This document shows positions 29,030 through 36,862 of a stretch of 64,000 bases of DNA, in pieces; the stretch's first letter is position 1, and each line of letters opens with the position of its first letter. The DNA is from Syntrophaceae bacterium UBA2280 (GTDB lineage Bacteria > Desulfobacterota > Syntrophia > Syntrophales > Smithellaceae): contig DDWS01000026.1 in the NCBI GenBank assembly GCA_002347685.1, positions 26,995 through 90,994 of the forward strand, given 5' to 3'. Position numbers and translations under genes: made by a program. The notes beneath the pieces are model-generated. The model was not told the DNA's origin. It was given only the letters and a program-made list of their open reading frames with translations, and did not search any database.

Positions 29030-30436
29030 CTAGAAGGTCAGGGTCAGCTTGTTGATGATCAGGTAGTTGTTCTCAAGATCCTTGGTCTCACCAATACCAG
29101 CCGCGACACCCTTGTAGTAATTACCGGTGAACAGGTAACCGGCGCCCAGCATGTAGGACAGGTTGTTGGTGATTTTGTAGGTCGCGGTCACATCCACTTC
29201 CCAGCCGTAGTCACGATCCACATGAGCAACGGTAAGGGTCTTGTCCGCATGGGCATAAGCTACCGCCAGCCCGATATCGAGTTTCTCGATCGGACGGACA
29301 CCGGCGCGAACCTTCGCGAAGTAGGCGTTGCTCAGCACGCCGACTGCCGTCGTGCCGTCGTAGGCCGCCTGTGCGCCTGCCCAGTAGTTCAGGTCGTTGT
29401 TGAACAGGATCAAAGTGGGATTCCAGTCAAGACCGCCACTCAGCAATCCGCCTTCCATTTTGTCAGCCGTTCCGGGATCGTTTCCGGATACATAGGCCAG
29501 GGTACCACCGACATAGAACATGCCTAAATCGGCAACCGCGTCAACATACGCGCTCAAATTGTTGATGTCGATATCATCGCCAAGCCCCGCTGCCTGAGGA
29601 ATCGGGGGAAGTAAATAATAGGGCGCATCGTCCCATTTGATCTTGCCGTATGCCCAGTACACCTGAGCCTCGAGGGCCACGGGGCCAACCTTGGCTTTCA
29701 CGTACGGGGTCAAAACGCCGACGTTCATCACGTAACCGCCGTCATCGAACAGAGGACCAAACCCACTACCCTGCATTGCACCTCTGTTGCCCGCTTCGCG
29801 GATGTACTTGCCCAGCAAGCCGACCTGTCCGGTCTTCCAGGCAAACACAGCAAAAGCGGTGTAGAAGCTGGAATCCCTGTCGGAAGCCAGTGTGTCGTTG
29901 ATTCTTGTGTAGCTTCTTTCATTGTTCTTTCCGGTCTGGAGTCCGACAATGACCGGGCCCTGTTTGATGGTGTACGTCACTTTACCGGTCGGCAGCGAGC
30001 TGTCGCCGAATTTGGTTCCCCAGGCGCCGTCGATCATGTAACCGGCGGAGAACATGCCGATGGGGGATACGTAGGTCAGATAAGCCAGATCGATCGCGAT
30101 GTTTTCGTTTTCAGCGCGGGTACCGGCGGACAGGATGTCATTTGTCGTTTCCAGGGGCACATCGGATCTTGCGGCGCCCCAGGCTCTTTCCATAATGTCC
30201 ATGCGGGTGGTCAGCATGAGCCCCGGAGAAACGGTGAACACGGTGTTCAGGCGCAGTCTCTGGAAATAGAACGCTGTGCTGGGATTACCTTCATCTTTGA
30301 CTAACCCGGTTTTGTCCATGTACAGACCACCGGCAACAAATTCGCCGCTGAATTTCACGTCGACCTGCGCAAAGGACGTCGTGCTGAAGGCTACAATCAG
30401 CCCCAGTGACAACAAAACTAACCAAAATCTCTTCAT
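29030..30436 (-). CDS. putative outer-membrane beta-barrel porin
   Basis: Signal peptide MKRFWLVLLSLGLIVAFSTTSFAQ, alternating amphipathic Gly/Tyr-rich strands, and a C-terminal LTLTF ending in Phe. Confidence 0.7.
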   Translation of the reverse strand: MKRFWLVLLSLGLIVAFSTTSFAQVDVKFSGEFVAGGLYMDKTGLVKDEGNPSTAFYFQRLRLNTVFTVSPGLMLTTRMDIMERAWGAARSDVPLETTNDILSAGTRAENENIAIDLAYLTYVSPIGMFSAGYMIDGAWGTKFGDSSLPTGKVTYTIKQGPVIVGLQTGKNNERSYTRINDTLASDRDSSFYTAFAVFAWKTGQVGLLGKYIREAGNRGAMQGSGFGPLFDDGGYVMNVGVLTPYVKAKVGPVALEAQVYWAYGKIKWDDAPYYLLPPIPQAAGLGDDIDINNLSAYVDAVADLGMFYVGGTLAYVSGNDPGTADKMEGGLLSGGLDWNPTLILFNNDLNYWAGAQAAYDGTTAVGVLSNAYFAKVRAGVRPIEKLDIGLAVAYAHADKTLTVAHVDRDYGWEVDVTATYKITNNLSYMLGAGYLFTGNYYKGVAAGIGETKDLENNYLIINKLTLTF

Positions 30437-30653
30437 TTCTTCCTCCTAAAATATAGATGGGAGTTAAAAATTTTCCGCCTTTTTTCCCGAAACGGGCATT
30501 CCGATGAGAAAAGGCGCCTCTTGTTTCGCACACCCCTGACGATCAAAGACCCGTCACAGGATATACGGCGCGAAAGCTAACAGAGACCTGCCGGACTTGT
30601 CAAGATATTTTTTCCCGTCAGCCACCACCGCTTTCGCTTGCCCGCCATTTACA

Positions 30654-30668
30654 GCAATATAAGTGCCA
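30654..30668 (-). promoter_or_regulatory. sigma-54 (-24/-12) promoter upstream of the porin gene
   Basis: The minus strand reads TGGCAC-TTATA-TTGC, an exact consensus match. It implies a 5-prime UTR of roughly 200 nt before the porin ATG. Confidence 0.75.
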
Positions 30669-30759
30669 GATTCACCCTTTGCGGCAACATCCCCCGGCCT
30701 TCCCGGCCGCAGGTTGGCCGCTTTTCGCTTGAGCCCTTTTTTCTCCTTCAGCCGTTTAA

Positions 30760-30774
30760 ACGATATATAATCGT
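30760..30774. promoter_or_regulatory. candidate enhancer (UAS) palindrome ACGAT-ATATA-ATCGT
   Basis: Centred about 100 bp upstream of the -24 element. It uses the same half-sites as the palindromes at 56791 and 60371. Confidence 0.5.
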
Positions 30775-30990
30775 AATTATTTATATTTTACAAAAATCGC
30801 CGTGCATCATCCACCTGAATGATCCGGCAACTGGAATGACAATCCGACATGAAACGGCAACACCTGCCATCCTTAAAATTGGATCTCCACTGAAAAATCA
30901 GTCGCTTCATGTATGGATTTTTTCACACACCAGCCACTGAAAGCTCTCAACATCGCCTGAAAAAGTGGGGGAAAAGACACAGGGGAATTG

Positions 30991-31298
30991 GTGGATGGTG
31001 AATAGTGAATAAAAGAGGTCAGAAGTCAACGATCAGAGATCAGAGGGTTCAGTAAGACCTCCGACTTCTGATCACTTCGCCCATCGCCCAGTGTCAATAT
31101 TGCTGTGTCATTTCGAAGGAGTCGAGACGACTGAGAAATCCAGGATTTCTCCCTACGGTCGAAATGACAAACGGGGGTGGGTCGAAATGACACGACTTGC
31201 TTAAAGCAAATGTTGCCAGTTTACGGTTGCCCTTTCCTTGATCCTTGATCCTTGATCCTTGAACCTCCGACCTCCGACCTCCGACCTCCGACCTCTGA
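30991..31298. repeat. composite intergenic repeat: multiple heptamer arrays flanking a nested palindrome
   Basis: Left arrays: GTGAATA x2, ATCAGAG x2, CGCCCAK x2 and others. Core: GTGTCATTTCGA...TCGAAATGACAC (31105-31193) with a central GAGAAATCC-AGG-ATTTCTC hairpin. Right arrays: CCTTGAT x4 and CCTCCGA x4-5 (31236-31298). Confidence 0.85.
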
Positions 31299-31379
31299 TC
31301 TTTTTAGGTGGGAAATCGATGAAGATTCTGATATTGGTTTACGGCACGTTGAAATGATTACGATCAAACAGGACGATGG

Positions 31380-32060
31380 ATGAAGATACCCCAGCTCAAA
31401 GCCGGAGAGCGACTCGACATTGTTTTAGAAAATGAGCTCCATCAAAGCAACGCCCATTACCTGAAAGCCGCGTTGTATGACGTCGAAAAGGATATGTTCA
31501 CCATTTCACAGACGTCTCCGGCGCTGGGACGGCATTTTCTGAACCGCCGGCTTAGGGTGACCTATCTGGTGCGCATGGGAAACCGCGTCTTGCGCTTCGG
31601 CTTTGCAGGCCGGCTGGTGGATCTGATTTCCGACTATGAGATCGCATCGGGAAAAACGGTGGAAGCGCTCCGGATTAAAAAGGACGGCCAGGCGGAACCT
31701 GCCGATTTCCGCATGTATTTCCGCGTCAAGCCTCCGTCGGCGTCAGATGTCTGCCTCTTTTGGGAGGAGGAAAAAGTCAGCCTTCTGGATATTTCCATCG
31801 GGGGGGCAAAGTTCAGCTACCCGAAAAGCTACCGTTTTCAAACGGGAGAAACCGTTACATTCAGACTTCTGATCGACAAAGCGGTCTTTGACGTGGAAGC
31901 CCGCGTGCGCACTGTACGGGAACCGCAGGCCGACGCGGCAAACAAACATATCCAGTTCGTCAGTGTGGAGTTTCATCATGGCGATCCCAAAATGGAAGCG
32001 ACGCTCGGCAAGGCGATCATGGATATCGAACGGGCCTTGCTGAGCGACGGGAAGATGTAA
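31380..32060 (+). CDS. PilZ domain-containing protein (YcgR-like, putative c-di-GMP receptor)
   Basis: C-terminal RxxxR (FRMYFRV) followed about 25 aa later by DxSxGG (LLDISIGGAKF). Confidence 0.75.
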   Translation: MKIPQLKAGERLDIVLENELHQSNAHYLKAALYDVEKDMFTISQTSPALGRHFLNRRLRVTYLVRMGNRVLRFGFAGRLVDLISDYEIASGKTVEALRIKKDGQAEPADFRMYFRVKPPSASDVCLFWEEEKVSLLDISIGGAKFSYPKSYRFQTGETVTFRLLIDKAVFDVEARVRTVREPQADAANKHIQFVSVEFHHGDPKMEATLGKAIMDIERALLSDGKM

Positions 32061-32068
32061 AGTAAGTA

Positions 32069-32120
32069 AGGCTGTAGGCTGTAGGCTATGGGCTATGGGC
32101 TATAGGCTATGGGCGATGGG
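32069..32120. repeat. RGGCTRT heptamer tandem array (7 units)
   Basis: AGGCTGT AGGCTGT AGGCTAT GGGCTAT GGGCTAT AGGCTAT GGGCGAT, read directly. Confidence 0.9.
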
Positions 32121-32187
32121 ATGATCTGGAAAGGGCGGGTTGCCCCGCCGTGATGAATACAGCATAACATTTTCGGAGGTAGAAAAT

Positions 32188-32292
32188 ATGTCGAAATCAA
32201 AGGATGCAAAAAAGGACACCAAGAAAAAACCGGCCAAATCCGTCAAAGAAAAGAAAGAGGCCAAAAAACTGAAAAAAGCGGGGAAGGAATAA
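32188..32292 (+). CDS. small lysine-rich basic protein (34 aa), absent from the ORF track
   Basis: A GGAGG RBS sits 8 nt before the ATG. Translation is MSKSKDAKKDTKKKPAKSVKEKKEAKKLKKAGKE, ending in TAA. It lies in a 330-nt spacer bracketed by heptamer arrays. Confidence 0.5.
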   Translation: MSKSKDAKKDTKKKPAKSVKEKKEAKKLKKAGKE

Positions 32293-32306
32293 AAAAAATA
32301 GGAGAG

Positions 32307-32361
32307 AGGCAATGGGCGATGGGCAATAGGTTTTTACTCCTATAGCCTATAGCCCATAGCC
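32307..32361. repeat. heptamer arrays: GGGCRAT x3 (direct), then TATAGCC/CATAGCC x3 (inverse of the 32069 array)
   Basis: The reverse complement of 32339-32361 is AGGCTATGGGCTATAGGCTATAGG, which matches the left array. Confidence 0.9.
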
Positions 32362-32392
32362 TGCTTCTATAACACTTCAGGATGATGATTTT

Positions 32393-34009
32393 ATGAAAAT
32401 TAAATGTCTCGGCGCGGCACAGACGGTCACCGGCTCGTGCTTCGTGATTGAAACGGGAAAAGTCCGGTTCGCCGTGGATTGCGGCATGCACCAGGGATCG
32501 ACCCAGGTGGAAAAACGCAACTGGAACATCGACCCGTACAACCCGGCACACATGGATTTCTTCGTGATCACACACGCGCATATCGACCATTCGGGCCTGC
32601 TGCCGCGCATGGCAAAACAGGGTTTTTCGGGGCCGATCTATGCCACCGAGCCCACAGGCGACCTGCTGGAAATTCTGCTTTTGGACAGCGCCCATATTCA
32701 GGAGACGGAAGCGGCCGGCAGAAACAAGCGAATGCAGCGCGCCGGAATGAAAGCGGACGCCGTCGCGCTGTACACGAAAAAAGACGCGGAAGCGACGCTG
32801 CCGATGATTCAGTCCCGGCCGTACAATGAAATCTTCAGCCCGGCTCAAGGCATCCGGGTCCGGTTCCTGGACGCGGGGCACATCCTGGGCGCGGCGATTG
32901 TGGAGCTTTTCATCGAAGAGGAAGGCTCCACGACCAAACTGGTCTTTTCCGGCGACATCGGCCGCCCGAATCAGCTGTTGATGAAAGACCCGACGTCTCT
33001 TAGCGATGCGGACTTTTTGTTCATGGAATCAACCTACGGCAACCGCAACCATAAAGGCGAGCAAGACAGCATCGACGAACTGGCGGAAGCCATCGCCTAC
33101 AGCTACAAAAACGGCGAAAAGGTGGTGATTCCCGCCTTTGCCGTGGAAAGAACCCAGGAAATCCTTTATTCTCTGCACCTGCTTTCCAAAGACGGCCGAC
33201 TGCCCAAAGACATGCCGGTTTATCTCGACTCTCCGCTGGCCATCAAGGCGACGGAAATCTTCCGGCGGCACAGCGCCTATCTGGACGCGGAAACCCAGGC
33301 CCTGCTCAAAAAGGGGGAAAACCCGCTAAAGCTTCCGCAGCTGAAGTTCACACCGACCACGGAAGAATCCATCCGGATCAATGAACGGCAGGAACCGGCC
33401 ATCGTCATTTCCGCAAGCGGCATGGCCAACGCGGGCCGCATCCTGCACCACCTGCGGCACAACCTGTGGCGGCCGGGCGCCAGTGTCGTTTTTGTCGGCT
33501 TTCAGGCCCAGGGGACCAACGGGCGCAAGATCGTGGACGGCGCGGACAAGATCCGCATTTTCAACGAGGACATCGCCGTCGGAGCCAGGGTGTTCACCAT
33601 CAACGGATTTTCCGCGCACGCCGGACAGTCGCAGCTCGTCGACTGGCTGACCTCTTTTCAGAATAAAAAAATGCAGGTGTTTCTGGTCCATGGAGAAAAT
33701 TCCGCGCAGGAGACACTGGCCGCGCTCATCCGGGAAAAATTCGGTTTTGCGGTCACGATCCCCGAATATCTGGAAGAAATCCAGCTGAAACTCGACGGCC
33801 GGATCGAGGAATTCAAAGCACCCCGTGTTGAGGAACCTCCAGTCGATGCAACCCTGCTGCTCGATGACCTGCAAAAAAAGTTAGACGAAATCCAAAGCAG
33901 GCGGAAAAGCATTTCAGCCCTGCCGCCTTCCGAGCAGGCTGAGTTGGCCCAAATGTTGCGCCAGGCGACATTGAGCCTTGAGGAAATTCAGCCAAGGCTG
34001 AAAGGTTAA
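32393..34009 (+). CDS. MBL-fold beta-CASP family ribonuclease (RNA-specificity domain) with a C-terminal extension
   Basis: HAHIDHSG motif 2, beta-CASP layout, ESTYGNRNH and FSAHAGQ blocks. Confidence 0.8.
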   Translation: MKIKCLGAAQTVTGSCFVIETGKVRFAVDCGMHQGSTQVEKRNWNIDPYNPAHMDFFVITHAHIDHSGLLPRMAKQGFSGPIYATEPTGDLLEILLLDSAHIQETEAAGRNKRMQRAGMKADAVALYTKKDAEATLPMIQSRPYNEIFSPAQGIRVRFLDAGHILGAAIVELFIEEEGSTTKLVFSGDIGRPNQLLMKDPTSLSDADFLFMESTYGNRNHKGEQDSIDELAEAIAYSYKNGEKVVIPAFAVERTQEILYSLHLLSKDGRLPKDMPVYLDSPLAIKATEIFRRHSAYLDAETQALLKKGENPLKLPQLKFTPTTEESIRINERQEPAIVISASGMANAGRILHHLRHNLWRPGASVVFVGFQAQGTNGRKIVDGADKIRIFNEDIAVGARVFTINGFSAHAGQSQLVDWLTSFQNKKMQVFLVHGENSAQETLAALIREKFGFAVTIPEYLEEIQLKLDGRIEEFKAPRVEEPPVDATLLLDDLQKKLDEIQSRRKSISALPPSEQAELAQMLRQATLSLEEIQPRLKG

Positions 34010-34039
34010 AGGCTAATCGGTTTTATGGATTTTGTAATA

Positions 34040-34133
34040 TGGCGGAGAGAGGGGGATTCGAACCCCCGTGGGAGCTTGTGGCCCCCAAATCGATTTCGAG
34101 TCGATCCCGTTACGACCACTTCGGTACCTCTCC
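34040..34133 (-). tRNA. tRNA-Ser (anticodon CGA)
   Basis: The reverse complement folds as a class II tRNA: acceptor GGAGAGG/TCTCTCC, anticodon loop CUCGAAA, long variable arm, GGTTCGAATCC T-loop, encoded CCA. Confidence 0.85.
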
Positions 34134-34135
34134 GC

Positions 34136-34390
34136 ATGATGTGATAAGACGCGCTGTGATTCGCTTTCTGATATCTTTTTTTCCCGTCCCTGCTTTTTAG
34201 AAATATTTCCCGCCGTGCGGCTTCCTCTTTTTTTTGTGTGATATGCTTCATAGCACAATAATTTCAAAGGGCGACGATGTTTTGTTGATTCTACCTGACC
34301 TCTTGAATGTTCAGAATATCTTCTCTTGAGATCAACTGTTTTGCCGATATCTTCGTCTAATTCACTTTGCAGAATGTAAACGTAGTGCAT
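34136..34390 (-). pseudogene. GIY-YIG nuclease family remnant (frameshifted, no stop before the tRNA)
   Basis: MHYVYILQSELDEDIGKTVDLKRRYSEHSRGQVESTKHRRPLKLLCYEAYHTKK continues in another frame as EEAARREIFLKSRDGKKRY. The switch occurs at an A8 run (34229-34236). Confidence 0.6.
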
Positions 34391-34426
34391 TGGCTTAAAT
34401 TGCAAAAGATCCCGATAAAATAATGA

Positions 34427-34519
<93 letters not shown>

Positions 34520-34520
34520 G

Positions 34521-34994
34521 TTATTCACCTGCCGAATCGGCTCTTACCCTCTTTTCCTTAAAAAATCTACTCAAAATATCCGCGCACTCATCCTTTAATA
34601 TTCCTTCCGTCACGATGACCTGATGATTCAGGCGGGGATCGCTCAAAATGTTGTATAGCGAGCCCGCAGCGCCGGCCTTTGGGTCACGCGTGCCGAAGAC
34701 GACACGCGCCAGTCTCGCCTGGAGAATGGCGCCCGCGCACATCACGCAGGGTTCGAGCGTCACGTAGAGCGTCGCGCCGGTGAGACGGTAGTTGCCGGTT
34801 TTTTCGGCGGCCCGGCGGATGGCCAGCATTTCAGCATGTGCGGACGGATCCTGGCGGGAGATCGGCGCGTTGTGAGCCTGCGCCAGGATTTGAGCGTTTT
34901 GCACCAGGACCGCGCCAACCGGCACTTCATCGTGACTGAATCCTGCATTGGCTTCCTGAAGTGCGATTTTCATAAAGTCTGTATCGGCAAGCAT
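34521..34994 (-). CDS. tadA: tRNA adenosine(34) deaminase
   Basis: HAEMLAI and PCVMCAGA zinc motifs. Its stop codon abuts the tRNA-Ser(GGA) 5-prime end. Confidence 0.9.
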   Translation of the reverse strand: MLADTDFMKIALQEANAGFSHDEVPVGAVLVQNAQILAQAHNAPISRQDPSAHAEMLAIRRAAEKTGNYRLTGATLYVTLEPCVMCAGAILQARLARVVFGTRDPKAGAAGSLYNILSDPRLNHQVIVTEGILKDECADILSRFFKEKRVRADSAGE

Positions 34995-35093
34995 CGCTGG
35001 GTCTCGCTTTCTTTGTGATGTGTCACATTCGGGTTATCATAGAGTTGATTTTGAAGCAAATGCCGTATATGATTCCCGGCAAGAGAGACACTT

Positions 35094-35654
35094 ATGAATT
35101 CCAGGAATGTTTTTTTGTGGCCCGTCATCATATCGCTTATCGGTCATGTGGCGTTGATTTCAATCAGCAGCGTCATTGATTTGCGAACGAATGTCAGAGC
35201 CGCTGAAATCTTTAATGTGCAGCTTACCGAACCCGACGAGGTGACGGATCCCGGCGTCAATCAAATCAGCCGGAACGAAGATCCGCCTCTGGAGGAGGGA
35301 AAAGCGGCCCGGGTTGAAGAAAATGAGAGGGAGGACACCGTTGACCTGGGCAATGCCGACATCAAATACGCTCAGTATCTGGGAGGCGTCAAAAGGAAGA
35401 TTCAGCGCCTCTGGGTCTATCCGGCCGCCGCTTATGAGCGCCGTGAGGAAGGCACATCCGTCGTCCGAATTTCCGTGGACGCAGACGGGACGCTCGGGCA
35501 GATCACGCTTATGTCCTCGTCCGGCTCAGCGCATCTCGACGAGGCCACACTCGTCACAGTAAAATCCGCGGCGCCGTTTTCGCCTCTTCCGCAAAGCTAC
35601 AACCTGACGCGTCTGCACATCATGGCATCCTTTCGCTACCGGATGTCGGACTGA
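35094..35654 (+). CDS. TonB-family energy transducer (C-terminal domain protein)
   Basis: N-terminal TM anchor, acidic/Pro linker, C-terminal TonB_C-like YPAAAYERREEGTSVVRISVDADG. Confidence 0.7.
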   Translation: MNSRNVFLWPVIISLIGHVALISISSVIDLRTNVRAAEIFNVQLTEPDEVTDPGVNQISRNEDPPLEEGKAARVEENEREDTVDLGNADIKYAQYLGGVKRKIQRLWVYPAAAYERREEGTSVVRISVDADGTLGQITLMSSSGSAHLDEATLVTVKSAAPFSPLPQSYNLTRLHIMASFRYRMSD

Positions 35655-35655
35655 C

Positions 35656-36576
35656 ATGAGCAAACCACCCTTTCTGAAAACACTCAAAAAAGCGCAAAGA
35701 TATCTTTGGGGCGTTGTGATCTTATACCTTGTTTTCCTGGCGGCGCAGGCCTCGGCCACGACGGTTGTAGACGGTGTCGGACGCAGGGTTGACGTGCCGG
35801 ACCACCCCTCGCGCATCATTTCGCTCGCGCCGGGAATTACCGAAATCCTTTTTGCATTGGAACTCGACGAACGGATCGTCGGCGTGACGAGTTTTTGTGA
35901 CTGGCCTCAAAAAGCCAGACAGAAAACGAGCATTGGAGGATTCACCAATCCTTCGCTGGAAACCATGCTCTGGCTGAAACCGGATCTCATTATCGCCACC
36001 GCCGACGGAAACCGGCCGGAAACCGTCCGCCAGCTCGAAAAGATCGGCATGACCGTTTACGTGACGCACCCGTCCGATACCGAAGGCATTTTAAAAAGCC
36101 TGCTTCAAATCGGGGAGATGACCGGCCGGAGGCAGGCCGCGCGCGAATTGGCCGATGCGCTTCAGCGTCGCCTCGATGCGGTGACCCTGCAGGTTCAGGG
36201 CAAAAAAAAGCCGCGGGTATTTTTTCAGATCGGGATGGATCCAGTGATCTCCGTCAACGGGGAAACCCTGATTTCCGACGTGATTCATCAGGCAGGCGGT
36301 GTAAATGTGGCGGCCCGGCAAAAGGCGCGGTATCCCAGGTACAGCGCCGAGGGCGTGATGGCCGGCGCGCCGGATGTTCTGCTGTTCGCGCCGATGGCCT
36401 CGGACAGGGAGTTTAAGAAAGTCAAGACCTACTGGCAGCAGTTTCCCGGGATTCCGGCGGTAAAAAATAACCGGATTCATCCCGTGGATACGGACCTGAT
36501 CGGACGGGCTTCGCTCAGGATTGTGGACGCGATTGAAAAGACGGCGCGCCTGCTGCATCCGGAAATGAAGGAGTGA
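35656..36576 (+). CDS. ABC transporter periplasmic binding protein (BtuF / iron-siderophore / cobalamin class)
   Basis: Signal peptide and class III SBP pattern (RIISLAPGITEILFALEL, PDLIIA). Confidence 0.75.
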   Translation: MSKPPFLKTLKKAQRYLWGVVILYLVFLAAQASATTVVDGVGRRVDVPDHPSRIISLAPGITEILFALELDERIVGVTSFCDWPQKARQKTSIGGFTNPSLETMLWLKPDLIIATADGNRPETVRQLEKIGMTVYVTHPSDTEGILKSLLQIGEMTGRRQAARELADALQRRLDAVTLQVQGKKKPRVFFQIGMDPVISVNGETLISDVIHQAGGVNVAARQKARYPRYSAEGVMAGAPDVLLFAPMASDREFKKVKTYWQQFPGIPAVKNNRIHPVDTDLIGRASLRIVDAIEKTARLLHPEMKE

Positions 36577-36760
36577 GGAGTGAGGGTTCGCCCGGCATGC
36601 GTCGGGCGCCCGGCGTATGCCGGGCGAATCCCCCTGTCTTAGCCATCATTCCAACACCTTACATTTTTCTGTTGAACGCAGGACGCAGATTGTCAAAATT
36701 TGGGTTGATTCCTGTCGATTTATCCATTAAGAGTCTCTCGCAGGTCTATATAAAAAATAT

Positions 36761-36858
36761 GGCCGGGTCCCGTACAACGAAGACTTGTGAACCCCGTCAG
36801 GTCCGGAAGGAAGCAGCGGCAGCAAATCCCTTCGTGTGTTGCGGTAAACCCGGTCACC
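36761..36858 (+). ncRNA. ffs: signal recognition particle RNA (small bacterial 4.5S type)
   Basis: Contains CAGGTCCGGAAGGAAGCAGC, the conserved domain IV motif. The 5-prime GGCCGGGTCCCGTACAACGAAG pairs with the 3-prime CTTCGTGTGTTGCGG..ACCCGGTC. The position upstream of dnaX is the classical one. Confidence 0.85.
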
Positions 36859-36862
36859 AGTT

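Noticed and set aside
30638-30940. 100-aa ORF in the long porin upstream region.
   Set aside because: It has no RBS and a low-complexity sequence, and it overlaps the sigma-54 promoter and the palindrome. The region is more likely regulatory DNA.
31210-31232. TGGCAA...TTGC-like string on the minus strand (TGGCAACATTTGCT).
   Set aside because: The GG-to-GC spacing is 7 nt rather than the 10 nt that sigma-54 requires.
31236-31298. Possible CRISPR array, because of the regular short repeats. The same question applies at 14634, 32069 and 32307.
   Set aside because: The units are contiguous 7-nt words with no spacers, and there is no 24-40 nt repeat or cas gene. These are tandem heptamers, not CRISPR.
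32243-32881. 212-aa minus-strand ORF overlapping the small-ORF spacer and the start of the beta-CASP gene.
   Set aside because: It is antisense to a well-supported gene and crosses the heptamer arrays. No motif is recognisable.
34995-35093. Cobalamin riboswitch expected upstream of the tonB / btuF-like pair.
   Set aside because: The 99-nt leader has no B12-box-like GCCACTG core and no extended conserved structure.
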